Of a stretch of DNA of 64,000 nucleotides, positions 1-14,309 are shown in pieces. The DNA lies in assembly GCA_034780895.1 (NCBI GenBank), contig JAUZTB010000062.1, forward strand, positions 7,700,494-7,764,493, read 5' to 3'. The position numbers and the translations under genes are program-made. The notes beneath the pieces were generated by a model. The model was not told the origin of the DNA and did no database searches. It saw nothing but the letters and a program-made list of their open reading frames with translations. Every line of letters starts with the position of its first letter. Within the stretch, counting starts at the first letter, position 1. The stretch is from Rhynchobatus australiae (lineage: Eukaryota).

Positions 1-214
1 CATTAAAATTAAATTGTCCTATTTTGCCATTCAAAAGTATACAGCTGGACCCCCAGACTCAATTTAAAAAAGGAATTCTAAATGAATTCCATTGAATTTA
101 TTGTTTGTATTTTCTTATTTGAAACTCCAAGAGCAGCATCACATAATATTACCAAAGAGCACTAATATCACAGAGAATGACAGGTATAAAAATCATCTCA
201 CAGAAAAGCACAAA

Positions 215-545
215 ATACTTAGGGGTTTGACAGAGTAAATGCATGGATGTTTTCCCTGGAGGGATTCATAGAACCAAGTGGCAGTCTCTCAATCCTGAAT
301 AGCTGATCCCTTACTTTATGAGAAATTTCTTCAAACAATAATAAATCACTGGAATTCTCCACCCAAAAGGTGCATGGAGGCTTAGTCACCGAGTACATTC
401 AAGACAGACAGTGACAAATCTTTGGGTCTAAATAGAACCAAGGCATATGGAGTTAGTACAGGAAAGTGTGCTTACCCATGATCTTACTGAATGGTGAAAC
501 AGGTACATGGGACCAAATGGCCTACCCCTACTTATATTTAGGTTC
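215..545 (+). mobile_element. CR1-type LINE 3' fragment
   Basis: Degenerate ORF2 C-terminal and 3' UTR motifs (ggggtttgacagagta...tggaattctcc...gaccaaatggcctacccct), shared with other CR1 copies in the window. Confidence 0.7.
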
Positions 546-1554
546 TTCTGAGTGAAGTTATTAACACAAGGGATACCTTCCAATAAATATGCAAAACACA
601 TTCTGTGGTGAAGCAAGAGATTGAAGGAATTCAGATTCTGAACCCAATTGACAGAATCAGAGCTGTGCTTTGGCTTCACAAAACATGCTTTGAATAAAGT
701 ACAAAGATCACAGCTTGAAGAACTGAAGACATAGCATCATAGATTGTGGCTGTAAATATTTACAAAACTCAAAAAGAAATTTGCCTTTTGCCCATCCACA
801 TGTACTTACTTTAACGCTTGGTGAAATGTTGCAAGCCACTGGCTTACAACATCAGTTTAATTGAACTTCAGTGTTATGCTGCTAATGGGGGAAGATGAAT
901 TATTCCATTTCTACACCAGCCTATACTTGGTCATATAAATTGCTTTCAGCAACTTCTCAGATCACATTTGAAGTTCCTGAAGACAGAAATAAGAAGTTGA
1001 TTTCAAAAATAAGCGTGCCACAAAATCACCTTTGCAAGGGTTAAGATTACCCTTTTGGCTGTTGAAGACAATTAACCAAGTTTCTCCTTCAAGAAAGATT
1101 TTCCTTTTGAAACAGAAAGTCTTTATTTTTTGAAACTATGGAGACACCTTTGGTTTCACACTAGTAAACAAAGTATGGAAGGAGCTGTTTGACTTTCAGT
1201 CACGTGCTCTAATTAGTTTTCAACAGATATTAATACGAGGGTAAAAGAAAACAGAATTCACACATTTAGAAATGTTGTATCTGACCAATTCTCCCATAAC
1301 AGCTGTAGAGAATAGCAAAAGTGCTAGCTTTTTGCACTTGATCCAGTACAATGTCCTTGTTGTAATCCTGGAGCAGTGCACCGTGAACCTGGAAAAGCAC
1401 AAGTTTCTTTGCTGAGGGAGACAAATTATGCATCTAATTTCCACTAGAATTAAGTGATAATCAATTCTTTGAGCTACGTGTTCATAAATTCAAATCAGTT
1501 AGGAACATTCTAAATCAGTAAGCAACATTCTAATTTGGGCAAAAAAAAATCAAA

Positions 1555-1735
1555 AAGCTGCAGGTGCTGGAAATCTGAAATAAAACAGAGACTGCTGGAG
1601 ACATTCATCAGGTCAGGCAGCATTGGTGGAAGGAGAAAGAGTTAACATTTCAGGTTCTGCATAAAGGAATCTAACCATTTCTGCAGATGCTGCCTGACCT
1701 GCTGAATGTTTTCAGCATTTTCTGCTTTTAATTTC
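1555..1735. mobile_element. Penelope-like terminal repeat, fold-back (inverted) pair
   Basis: The left arm tgctggagacattcatcaggtcaggcagcat is the reverse complement, with mismatches, of the right arm atgctgcctgacctgctgaatgttttcagca. The same family recurs more than 10 times. Confidence 0.7.
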
Positions 1736-3144
1736 TAACTTGGGACACTGCACATTACACTCGGGAGTACTGTGTCATTGTTTACAGTGTAAAGAAAGGC
1801 AGGCTTAATAATCTCCATCTCTGACATCTCATTTCATTACTTCAGCAGACTATTTTTGCAATACAATGTGCTACTACTCCAACACCACATGACTTGAATC
1901 AATGCCGATTCTTTGAAGAATGGATTCAGCAGCAATAATTATATTATTCAGTTTATTCTCAAACCTGCAACCTCAATTTGACTTCCTAAAAGGATGTTAA
2001 AAAAATGGAAACATTAAAATAATGGAGAATTCTAGCAGCTTGCAGTAACAATGCAAACAAGATTCCCCTAAATACAACACTGCTGTCATTTTCTTGCCCA
2101 TTTTGATGAATGACGTTAGAAACTCTTCACTAAGCTTGTTTTGACAGTTCTTGTAGAGGTTTCAGCTAGCTGGAATCCCCAATGAAAATCAGCATAGTAT
2201 TCTGCTGATATCACGTTACCTCTACCTGGCAAATTGCAAAGCTCCACGTTTCAGTCATGTCAGTAATCAAAATCATATAAAGGCAGATTATTGACAGTTA
2301 TAGTTTCTCAACCTAATATGGTGTGTAGTCTACATTGATACTTAAATGGTCAGATCACATTCCTCAAAAAGTGATCTGGGATATCCTTCCTTGGTTGGGA
2401 GTGTTCTAACATGCTCTGTTGAAATTGAAAAATATATATTATGAACATGATGTCAGGAGAATCAATAATTAATTTTTCAAATAACAGCTCAAAAGTTTGG
2501 AAATGAGTGCAAATTGTATAGTCTTTCCATCACTGCAATGCACTTCATGAAGTGCTATACTTGCGAGCCATGGAGCATTAATTTACTAATGATCCCAGAG
2601 TTTCAAAAGTGATATTATAATGTTTCCACATATGTGGGCATCCAGATAGTGCTGGAAACACTTTGGATACGTGCTTTGTTTGGATATTTTACCTGCCCAA
2701 AGGAGTGATTTCAGTTGTAACACCAAAAACAAAATGACCATCTCGACTTTGAGGATTCAAGAGGCATGGAACAAGTAGAAGCAGCATAGTGACAAAAATT
2801 CTCTGCTCCTGACTTAGAGTCTCACCCAGCAAGAGCACAGATCAGAAACGCAAGAATAAACATTTCCTTCCAAATAGCTTTTGGAAAATCACAAGTAACC
2901 TAAAAAAGTCCAAGTTGATCCCAAGGTGAATTGTTTTAATCTGAATTCTCATCAAGTGAACCAATGAAAAGGAAGCAGAGGTTCCAAAAAAACGTATTCA
3001 ATAAAGTAGTAGCAAATGAAATCCAGAAGTTCAAAACCCAGCATTTAAAACATCTTAAGGCTATATGCATTACATCCACTAACAATGCTTTATGCTGCCC
3101 ATGTTTGAATTCTGCATCTAATTAAGAATGTATGCTTGCATTTT

Positions 3145-3560
3145 GATAGCATCTGTCACAATCCAATGACTTTAGCTATGGGGAGAGGTTGGATAGGTGG
3201 GCTTGTTCTCCCTGGAGTGAAGACGACCATGGGGGTTACCTGACAGAAGTAATATATAACAGAAGTGTAGGGTAGGTAGCTAAAATCTTTTTCCCATGGC
3301 CAGGGTATCAAGGTGAGAAGGATCTCAGGGGCAAGATTTTTCTTTAGAAACACAGACTGGTTGATAACTGGAACCTGCTGCCAAAGGAGGAGGAATCAGA
3401 TACAATTACTACATTTAAAAGGCATTTTAGTCAGACACTTAAATAGACAAGGCATAGAAGGATACTGTCCTAATGTGGATAAATGGATTTAGTATAGATG
3501 GGCAAGAAGGTCGGCATGGATGCGGTGTATTTCTGTGCTGTACGACTTTGACTCCATGAC
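3145..3560 (+). mobile_element. CR1-type LINE 3' fragment
   Basis: aatctttttcccatgg...tggaacctgctgccaaaggag...acatttaaaaggcatttt...tgtgctgtacgactttgactc tail. Confidence 0.75.
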
Positions 3561-3564
3561 CTCC

Positions 3565-3880
3565 TAATGATCCCAAGTGCTTCACAGTCAATGAAGTATC
3601 TTTGAACTATAGGTACTAAGAAAATCCAATCGGAAGAATCTCCAAATTGTAAATAGATAACAGCCAAATCATCTGGTTTAGTGATGTTGGTCAAGCAATT
3701 AATATTGGCCAACTCTAAATGGGAATAAGTACAAGAAATGTGACGAATCTTGTGGTTCTATCTTCACTGCTTCCACTGACTGAATGTTTAAGTGAATGGA
3801 CTGAATGCAGCAATTCAGGTGCAGCCTGATGAAACCCACGCACATCTGCAGTACGAGAGCCTCAGTCTGGAACTCCACTG
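3565..3880 (-). mobile_element. DeuSINE (SacSINE1/AmnSINE1-like) remnant
   Basis: tcccaagtgcttcacagtcaatgaagtatctttgaa...atctggtttagtgatgttggtc...aatattggcca resembles the reverse complement of the Deu-domain SINE consensus as I recall it. Confidence 0.55.
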
Positions 3881-4639
3881 AGTTAGCAATGTAACACAGC
3901 ACTTTTGTTTGTTCTGCTGATGCTGCTCTGTTGTGTCTGTAAAGAAATCAAATTGGCCACCCCTTTAAAATCTAAACTCACATTACAGCCTGTTTGAATA
4001 AAACCTTATGCACTTTATTAAGATGAACCGAAAAGAAAACTTGTACTAACGGATTCTAATTATAAGTCATTGACCCAAAATGGTAACTCTCGTTTCTCTT
4101 TCAGACCTTTTAAGTACTGTATTTTGCAACATGTCAGTTTTCATTTCAATTTCTAATTTTTATTTTGTTTTTACTATATTATGGTTAGTCCCATTTCTCA
4201 TGTGTTTTACCTACCATTTTGGCAATGGGGGCAGAGCTAATTCACATTGCAAACTGCAAAGCTAATTGGCAAATCCTTCAGGCTTTAAAGGCAATCTGAA
4301 TTAGTTATTGGTACAGACAGCTGCCAAAAGAAAAACCTCATCTAAACAGCTCACCAACACTATAAGAGCCGAGTTTTTAAAAAAATGCATGAAATGTAGT
4401 TTCATTTGCTATCTAGCCAGCTCAAAGATTGCAAAAAAGATTTAAGGGGTTCCAATGATGACAAAATCTAAACTTTTCAAAACTGTATATCAACATGTAC
4501 ACACCCACATTTGGGAACAATAGCAGGGTGAAGTTACTAGACTGGATTCTAGAGGATTAGACCACCAATCCAGAGGCATTTTGAATCCTATAATGATAGC
4601 GGGTGAATTTAAATGATTAAATGAATCTTGAATGATAAA

Positions 4640-5200
4640 TTGGCATAGAGTACAAGAGTTGGGATATTGTGTTACAACAGTTGGTGAGACTGCACCTGGA
4701 GTATTGTGTGTTGTTCTGGACATCATACTGCAAGGAAGGATGCGGTTAAGCTAGAGAGGGTGCAGAGAACATTCACAAGCTGGAGGGCTCAAATTACAAG
4801 GAGATACCAGATAGGCTGAGGCTGTTTTCCCTGGAGCGAGGGAAGCCGAGGAGTAACTTACTGAGGTTTATAATACCATGAGGGGCATAGATAAGGTGAG
4901 CCAATGGTCTTTTTCCCAGGGCAAGAGAATCAAGAACTAGAGTGCATTGGTTTAAGGTGAAAGGGGAAAGATTTAAAGGGGGACCCGAAGGGCAAAATTT
5001 GTCATAGAGGATGGTGGATATATGGAAGAGCTGCAAGAGGAAGTGGTAGAGGAAGGTACAGTTACAACATTTAAAAAGACATTTGGACAGGTAAACGGAT
5101 AGGAAAGGTTTAGAGGGAGAGGGGCCAAACACAGGCAAATGGGACTAGCTAAGGAAGGCACAGGTTGGACTGAAGGGCCCATTTCTGTGCTGTGACTCCA
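4640..5200 (+). mobile_element. CR1-type LINE 3' end
   Basis: Decayed ORF2 C-terminus (LEYCV..W, LERVQR, RLRLFSLE), then a 3' UTR ending gaagggcccatttctgtgctgtgactc. Confidence 0.85.
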
Positions 5201-7949
5201 ACAGTAAACTTTAAACGACTAGTACCTCATGCAGTCTTGATGTTCATTATAAAATGAAAACAGTTTTGTGATATTAGACACAGTATACATGCATACTTGA
5301 AGCCCATTTGCAGACAAGTCCAAAATCCAGTTTAACTGTAATGCTGTGACCAGAACCATGCTGTATTACAATCCTGAAATCACTTATCAAACAGCATAAT
5401 GGAAATAACTGCACCACATGTACTAAAGAGTTCAAGTCATTTTAAAGGGCAAAACTTACAAAAATCTGATGATTGATGATGAACTCTCAAAAGCATGTTT
5501 TTCAACAGTGCATGCTACAAGAACCAACTAGGGTTTGGCAATGGTAGCCAATGGTACCAATAACCTTGCCATCAGCAATAAGTTATTTTATTTCTCTTTT
5601 CTAACTTACAATTTCTCTGCATCGACTCAAAGATCAATGCCATTTGATAGACCAAATGGAATGACCAGAGTACCGCTGCATAAAAATGTGGTTAACCTTA
5701 TCAGCAGTCTAGCTGCTGATGCTAATAAAATGTAAGAGGTGCTGCAAAAGCATGCTCTTTGAGACTCATGCAAGCTCCACTTCAGATGTGCTTCACTAAA
5801 TTATGGAACAACAATGATGGTATCAAATGGCAGGTGAAAAATTAGGCTGACAATTCCAAAAGCATTGTAATCTATTTAGATGGCAATAAGCTCAATGCGT
5901 ACTGTGATGAAGTACACATTTGTTTTTGTGTACATGGAAGAATACTTCCTCTAAATGAAAGTGTTTCACTTAAATGTTAGAATTCATCCAGTGGATGATA
6001 ACCTTATTTTACAAGTATGCAGATTGTGTAAGTGTTTGCTAAACGTTTTAAGCTCTCCAGATAGAACAATGGTAAAAGTATAGTAACCACATTTCTCACC
6101 TCACTTTCCATCTGCTTCCTCCACCTTCATAACCATTGTCTCAAGCAAAATTGCATAATTTTGCACTGTTGAAAAATTTGTTTAAAGTTCAACATTTTTC
6201 TATTTTTGAGGGATTTTTGTAACCTTTGCTCTTGATAGTTGAGTAAAACATTTTCAATTATAATCTATTCCATGGTAATTACAGATATTGACAACCAAAC
6301 AGAGATTTGGTTCTCAGCACATTAGCCAATGGTTTCACTAATTGGTAATGTAAATCAACATTTCCTCATTTAAGCTGCCTGAAACACCATTCAGTCATAT
6401 CAATAATATCATTTAGTGGATGATTTTTCAATTCTGTGCCTGTTAATATATAGCTGTGAAGAAAAAAGGGATTTATTTTTGTTTAAACTGAGGTGAGGGG
6501 ATGGGGAAAGAGATCCTATATTAAGAACTTTCAAGTTGCAAGGGATTATTGTGGCCTTTGCCACAAATTAAAAGTCTTAATTTTTTTATTACCTTAGATT
6601 GCATCAGAAATTGGATTTAAAAGTCACAAGTCCTATCAATGTTCCCTTCCCCCTTCTGCTTTTACCTGGAATTATGAAGTGGCTTGGAGTACACTTTCTC
6701 TATAATTCTACACTGAATGAAGGTCAAGTTTTGCTTCAGAATTATCCCACTGACTGGAATGGTAAAGACAGCTGACAAAATGCCTTTAAGATATGACCTT
6801 TTAATAATAAACAAGTAACTTTTTATGAAGAAAAGGGAAGTCAGTGGAATTTGAATGATACAAAGCAAAAAGGTAATTAATAGTGAAAGAAACTATTAAT
6901 GGAAAATAGGTGGTGAAGAATTGGAGATAAACTAGAGAATAAAGAGGCAGTAATGTCAATCAAAAAAGGCCACATTAGTAAGAAAATTAGAGTGCATAAA
7001 GGACAGCAGGAGCAATATGTAGTATAGAAGTCAGGGTAAACTACACAAATAAACCAGAGGTCAATTTACTTTTAATTCCTATGAGCTATGGTGTTCAGTG
7101 AGCAGGATCTGTCAACGTTTATTGAAAATGCATGAGGGAAGACATGCTGTGCAAGATTGGAAACAAAACTAGCTTCTCGGCAAACATACTTTCTCAACAG
7201 GTTATTTGGTCAACTCTTGACAATTTATGACCTTACCTCCCCAACCCTTCCTCATATCATTCATAACATCTAGTCTAAACATCATCCTGGAGCCTTATCC
7301 TTCTCCCAGCTATTCACCACAAAGCCCACTCTATAACCAGATGTCAGTAAATATGTAAAAACATCTCAAAGTGACAAGATCTGAGTAAGGACACATTCCT
7401 CACCACTCCATTTCCTTCAGGAAGCATCATGCATTGAGATCAGTTCATATCATGAGAGCATATACCCTCAAGCTTTAAAAATATCTGTACGACAATTCTA
7501 CAACATGTCTTTTCCTTACATTACCTCCTCTTTTTAAGCCCTTGCACAGCATTATAAGCCATTGTAAAGATCCTGTTAAATTAGATCAGATTACATAGTA
7601 TACAAGGAAACCAGCAATCCACGTTCATCAATCAGAATTTAAATATTCATATCTTTCTGTTCACTACATGCAACTCAGAGACCTTAATCAAATGACTTGT
7701 ACCCTGCACCCTCTGCTGCAATGGAACTAATCTGTACTTTCAGGAAGTGGTCAAACATTTGTTTTTAATCTTTTACAAAAACATTCTCAAGGTCAAGTTA
7801 ATGAATGCATACAAAAAATGATCATTATTGACTTCCAATGCATCCTTCCACAATAAATATATACAGACCTTCTGTGAAATTAACAGTTTACAATTCAATG
7901 CAGCAATTTATATTTTATGGCTACAAAACTAAGGTCTATGGCTACAGGG

Positions 7950-8250
7950 ATAGAGTAGCATATTTAAATTAATGACTAGTAACCTAAAGGCATGGATTAA
8001 TGACACAGATACAGAAGCTTATATCTCACTGTGGCAAGTGGGAAATTTAAAGTCATTTAATTTAATAATATGGAATAAAAAGATATTATCAGTAATGGTA
8101 ATCATGAAAATACCAAATTGTTGCAAAATCCCAGCGGGTTCACCATTACCCTTTAGGGAATTGAATCAGCTGTCTTTACCCAGGCTGGGCTACATGCAGC
8201 AATATGGCTAACTCTTAAATGTATCCCGAAATGATGGAGCAAGCAACAAT
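7950..8250 (+). mobile_element. Old tRNA-derived SINE (core ggttcac...ccctttaggga...ctggnctacatg)
   Basis: Shares its core with 37660-37880 and a fragment near 63320-63380. Confidence 0.5.
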
Positions 8251-8549
8251 TGTGTACCAGAGAACACAATGAGGAAATGTGCTAGTTCCCTACATTTATT
8301 AGATTGTAAGATGACCCAAAGTCTTCCATTTCCTCTTAAACTTTCCCCAAACCAAAGATTACAATAGGCAATGTTCTGATAAATACTTCAGCCAGGTTAA
8401 GTGCAGGAACTTGTTTCACACAAGATCCATAGGCCGATCTAAAACCAGTACCACACCTTGTATCAAAGGGAAAGTATGCACAAGTGGCTATACCCCATCT
8501 CTCAACATTCTTCATTATCACTTTAAATATTTCTTTTAATTTGTTCATT

Positions 8550-9055
8550 TTTGGGGATCAGAGAGTCATTAGCAAGGCCAAAATTTATTGCCCATCTCTA
8601 AATGCCCTTANNNNNNNNNNNNNNNNNNNNNNNNNNNNNNNNNNNNNNNNNNNNNNNNNNNNNNNNNNNNNNNNNNNNNNNNNNNNNNNNNNNNNNNNNN
8701 NNNNNNNNNNTTTATTGCCCATCTCTAAATGCCCTTAAGAACATGCTGGCTCACCACCACCTTGAAGTGCTGCAGTCCTTCTGGTGAAGACACTCCCTCA
8801 GTCCCACTGGAGAGAGAATTCCAAGAAATGGTGATACATGTCCACTGTTTTCCTCTTCCATGCACCCTAGCCCCTTTGTAGGAAAGTTGTGCTTAGGGAG
8901 GAAGAGTCGGAATAGCCAAGGCACGTAATAGCTGTGTATTTCTAACATGGTCCACACTGCGGCTACTGATTCGCCAATAAAAGGAGGGAATGGATACTTA
9001 GGGCAGCAATGAAGTACCAATCAAGCAGGCTGGTTTGTCCTGGATGGTATCACAA
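8550..9055 (-). mobile_element. LINE 3' part of the family with the gggcaataaa..ggccttgc tail (L2/CR1 group)
   Basis: gcaaggcc..atttattgcccatc...tgctgcagtccttctggtgaag is homologous to 56560-56690 (-) and 58540-58910 (+). Confidence 0.65.
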
Positions 9056-11569
9056 TGGCTTTATGAGAGGTAAAACAAAATTGTGAGCTTCAAGAATGCT
9101 GTATGTCACAGAAAAGCACAACCCTAAACAAATGTCAAAGGGGCTAAATGTGTCATAAGGGGCTTTGTACTTCAGTTAATTGAATATTATCTTCCCTCAT
9201 CTACCAATTTCAATATAGCAGAAACTAGGAACCATCTGCTACATTATTACAGGACTTCACAAACCGTAGTGCAAAAGGGATTAAGATGGTTTAATTATCC
9301 AAAAGTTCCAATTGTTTATCCAAATAATGTTCAGATTTGTTTTTTTTCCCCCTTCCAATGGGAGAGAATGAACTTTCTTTCATTTAACATTTTTCAGGCT
9401 AAGCACAAATTTTGTGCTGATCTGCTTCAGCAGCTGATAAACCTGTATACCAGTATTAATTCCATGTCACAAAATAAAAATGCTTTTTTTTTGGACATCA
9501 TAAAAACAAAGAGTTTGACAGTGCCAAGGTAAAACACAAAGCACAACTCCAAAGAGTGAAAGAAATTCAGATTCCATCCCCTATTTCGGGTTCTACTCTG
9601 AGCTGGAAGCAACTCTTCTACACAGAAATAAGTGGGAGGTGAGGGGAGAAATAAACCATCCATGCTAGATTAGTGTATTTGTCAAACAGACTTAAAACAG
9701 TCATCTGCCTTTCTTATCAAAATAACTCCACAGTTCAGTAGACTCTGATGTGCATCAATATGCTCTTTGCCAAAGAATTAAATACACATGAAATAGTTAA
9801 ACGTGGCAAGGAGAGATTTGTATGTTGCAGTTCAAAAAGGAGATATACAAATTAAAACAGGGGATTTGGTAGAACTCAGTTTAAAAAGGCAGGTATTCAT
9901 TTAGATATTTACCTCATGGTCACTGGGATTTCTGGAACTCATTTGATCACATTAGAACTCCCCAAACAGCTGTTCACTGAATTAGACTCGCAGATTTTTT
10001 CTTTCACTCTTTTTTGCCTTTTCCAGGAGACTACTGGTGAGAGGGAACACTGGGTTCACAATAATTAAGCTGTGATTGCTCAACTTGATGGACGTTTATT
10101 CTATTGTCCTTTTCTAAGCTTTGCAAATATAGTCAATAAATGACATCAACTTACTTCTAGAAAATGTTCTTAAATCCTTTTGCCCTGTGCTCCCCTACTT
10201 TCCATGATACTCCTGCTTAAATTGTCCCTCCAACTTCCTCTATTTTTAAATGAGTAGTCAACTGGTAATGCAAACTATTTCTCTCAGTGACCTATGAAAA
10301 GTTATAGCATTTGCACCAAATAGTTACACGTTAATCAAACACTTGAATTGTCCTACAACGAGGAATCTACAACTTCAAACATTTTTTTCTGTAAAATACA
10401 TGTACTTATTCTGTCAACCAATAATTACGATGCTGGAAACATAAACCCAAGTCCATAAATGGATCAGCTATTTGCTTCATTTACAAGGGCAAAGACACCT
10501 GCAGAAAACTTTGGATAATTCTATATCAGAAAAGCAAAAGAAGGATAAATAATCTCCAGAGTGTACTTTGAAGCTTCTCTGTTGAACTTAGTGAAATCAT
10601 TATTCACAATTTTTCTGACCACTAATTCAATTTGAACAGCAACCGTTAACGGGGTATACTATTTTACATGCTGCTCTGTTAATACGACCCAAAATAAACT
10701 ATGACTGCTACCATCGTTTAGAGGTGGATCTTTCTTTATGCATGTCAAATGCTTCACCTCCAACTCCCCCAGTTCCAAGCTCAGCATTGCATCACCACGT
10801 TCAATTGGACTGCTACCTAAACTCTGGACGCTGGTACTGAACAGGGTTAACAGAATGCTCATCTCTCAGGAGGTACATTTATAACTGCCCAGCAATTCCC
10901 ACTACTGAACAACAATCTTGCAATAAGCAAATAATTTACTGGCACAGCAAGCTAATGTGTTTACTGGGGACTTTGTAACAGCGGCATGGCATGGCAGGGC
11001 AGCTAAATGCTCTTTGTGGGTCATGATATGGTTTGTGGCTTTTCACTCAAAGCCAGTTGCTTTTGTTTACTGACCTTGGTCAGTTATTGTAACAAAAGGG
11101 ATCTAGATTCTAAAAACTTCAAACAATATGATTAATAATTAGATGCAGCAATCAAAAACATGTTATGCACTTTATATCCAGTTGAAAGAACACGTCATGT
11201 GTCACTATGCTCACGAGTTACTCTATACAAATATAGGAACAAAAACACCTGGAACTGATCAACATCATCCAAGAGTGTTCCTTCATGAGGCATTCGGCTC
11301 CTGGTAGAACTATAATTTTTTTTTAAAAAACATGAAGCAGATCTGGCATTCCTTCTAGGCATGAGATAAGCAACTCTACTGTGAATGCGTTCCTGTCCTT
11401 GGTAGGAAAAAGTACCATCATGACATGGTTCTTTACTTCTCTTCCCCTACCCAACCACAACACTGTCATAGGCACAGTGCCACCAAAATGCAAACACAAA
11501 TGGCAGCTTCTAAAAAAAAAATCGACTTTCATGCAATGTCAGAGAAGTTCCACAGCCCTAAAATCAAAC

Positions 11570-11910
11570 TAACATTTAACAAACTCAATATGTCTTGACA
11601 TGGGTAGAAAACATCCCAAGGGGTTTCACAAATGTGTAACAAAACCAGATGCCTTGTGAAAGTAAAGATTGGGAGTGGTGACCAAAAGTTCAAAGAGTTT
11701 CATTACAAAGAGTCTCTTATATGGAAAAGATGACAACTTGGGAGTGAATTCTCAAACCATAGGGCTAAACAGCTGAAATCAGAGCCATCAATTGTAGAGA
11801 ATGCAGAATCCAGAAGAGGCTAGACTCAGAAGATCAGTTTCAGATTAGGGCTGAAGCAGGTAGTACAGGAGATGAGGGGGAAACAAGGCCAAAAAAAGCA
11901 ACAAGTCCAT
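11570..11910 (-). mobile_element. L2 LINE 3' fragment
   Basis: Similar to the 3' part of the L2 copy at 25920-26550 (tagggc...agctgaaa motif). Confidence 0.45.
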
Positions 11911-14309
11911 GCATTTTTATTTGTTTATATTCAGCTAAAGGTGTTATCTATAGTGGAATCTATAGTTTACCCCACAACATAAATAGACTCTGTACCCTTA
12001 TAATACGCAGATATACTATATATTATACCATAATATCTAAATGCCCAGATATACTTAAAAAGCACCTCTTGGTAATCAGAAACACAGAATTAAATTCTAA
12101 TACATTCCTTGCAACTGACAATAGTTACATGTTATTTCTCACACCCAATGATCTGACAGTGGAATCAGATTGCAACAATATAAGATTACAGTTTAAGAAC
12201 AAGTAATAGGGGTGTTAAATTACAGTTACACAGCTAAATTGAACCATGGTCTTGTTACACTACTTTTAGGACACCATTTGAATATTTCGTATTGTGTTAA
12301 CTTACTTATATTTGACTTTCAGAGTAACATGAACCAATGCAAGATGGATGCTTAGTGACCCATGGCTTTACAATGCAAGTAAACATTTGATGAGACTATT
12401 TTACGCACTTCAACAAAGTGAAGTCTATCCACTACAAATTAACTTAATTTAATCTCACTCCTAGTTAAAAAAAGAACAAGATTAGGTAGGCAAGACAAAA
12501 TAACCCCACGTTCACACTTTCCTACCTACTAAGCATCTACCTGGTTTCTATAACCAGAACAGCATCAGTTATTGATAATAATAAATAACATGGGATATGG
12601 CAATACCACAGGAGGTATTAAAGACAATATTTCCCTTTATTTCACGTATGCTAAACTCAAATACCTTAAAATTAAAAGCAGCATAGCTGATGTACTTAAT
12701 GTAATCCAGCAAAAATTTTCATCAAATATGAAAGGATTGTTGCCTCATATAAAGCTGCCTCTCAGCAAAGTAGATACTTTAATTAAAACTATAGCACATA
12801 TCAATTTTTATTCCACTCAATCCATGTAGGAATTCTGCCCATTTTAAACACACCCACATTTATATGTGGCCTAAAGGACTTTTCAAATAATTGATTTATG
12901 CTATTTAATAGTCAAATGCTAATACTCCTTTAATTTACAATGTTCATGTTATAGCTTGATCAAAGTCCCAAAAGCCACTTTCTTTAAAATCCAACAGCTC
13001 ATGTTCTAAATAAAGTCCAACTTCAAAGCATAGTTTTTTTAATAACATAATTATTTATCAGCAGTCTGATTAGAGGCAAAAATTGCTTTATCTATTATCT
13101 CTAATTAAAATTAAACTTGAAAAAGTGTGTATACATCAAAGAGAACTAGCTTAGCACAATCCAGAAATTAAACATCAACCTGTGACATGTTTAAGCAAAA
13201 AACTAACTTAAGNNNNNNNNNNTATTATGGTGTACTTTGATCTAAATCTTCAAAACCTTTCATTATTCAATGGTTCATATAATAACTTTTTACTTTTTCC
13301 TGTTAATACCTAAAAGAGATAGAGAATTAAGCACATAAGCACTAATTAAAGAACCTTGTAATTTTAACCTCTTAGCTTCAGTGTTCATTTATTTTAAATG
13401 CAATACGACTATCTCTACAAGTACTGATTTCACTCATCTGTCATTAACAGCAAAACACAGCTGGAATAAAGGAAAATGTCCATTTCTGGTTACCTGTTCT
13501 GTTTAAATGCTGGGGAACTCAACTGCAACACTTTCTTATCTGCACATTTAATCACACAAAATCTGATGCAGTCATTGCCTTTAATTTGAACTCAACATAT
13601 TTGAGATACACTTTCTACACTGAAGCACAGATTTTCTGGCAGTCAGCTGGTAAGTTTCCTACAAGTATGACTAAGTATATAAACCCAAAAAAAAGGCTTC
13701 CTGCCAATGAATGAACAAATCTGAATAATAATGAGAACACATTTTTTGCCAGACCAACCACTGGGACTGCATGCCATTTATAATTTTGACTTAAATAGTA
13801 AAGTTCTCTGACTGCTCTTACAGGAGTTGAACTATAATTATCCTTTTGTTAAGGAAGTCTATTTTTTCAAGTTATGAGACTGAAGAGTACAAGCAGTTTC
13901 ACAAATTGTTTGGTCTGCAGAGAACAGCTGTTGCCAGCATTTTAAAAGTACTAGGGGAAGGCTGTTCTCACTCTGTGCCATTAAAAGCAATTCTCTCCTC
14001 TGAATCCAAGCTGAAATCATGAACAAAATGGTATTTTCAGGCAGTAATAATACTGATTGCTTCAAGTAACTTGAAACCTGGCCAGCACAAAATGGAAACT
14101 TCACAGGTGTTCTGAACCATTTAATATAGTTAGAACCTTTAATCTGTCCCAGTATGTAGCATGCACCACACACTTTATAATTCGAGTAAACACTCTACCA
14201 ATTGTCAAGATAAATCCTCAAGCAAATCTCTATCCAAATTACAAAACACATGTCATTACCTTTAAAAGCACAAGTGTACATATTTTTTAATAAAAAGCAA
14301 ATCCAAAAG

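Noticed and set aside
8584-8738. Short exact direct repeats flanking ~100-N gaps (also near 36452/36566, 46381/46497 and 53674/53800)
   Set aside because: Identical sequence on both sides of fixed-size gaps is an overlap artefact of scaffolding, not a target-site duplication.
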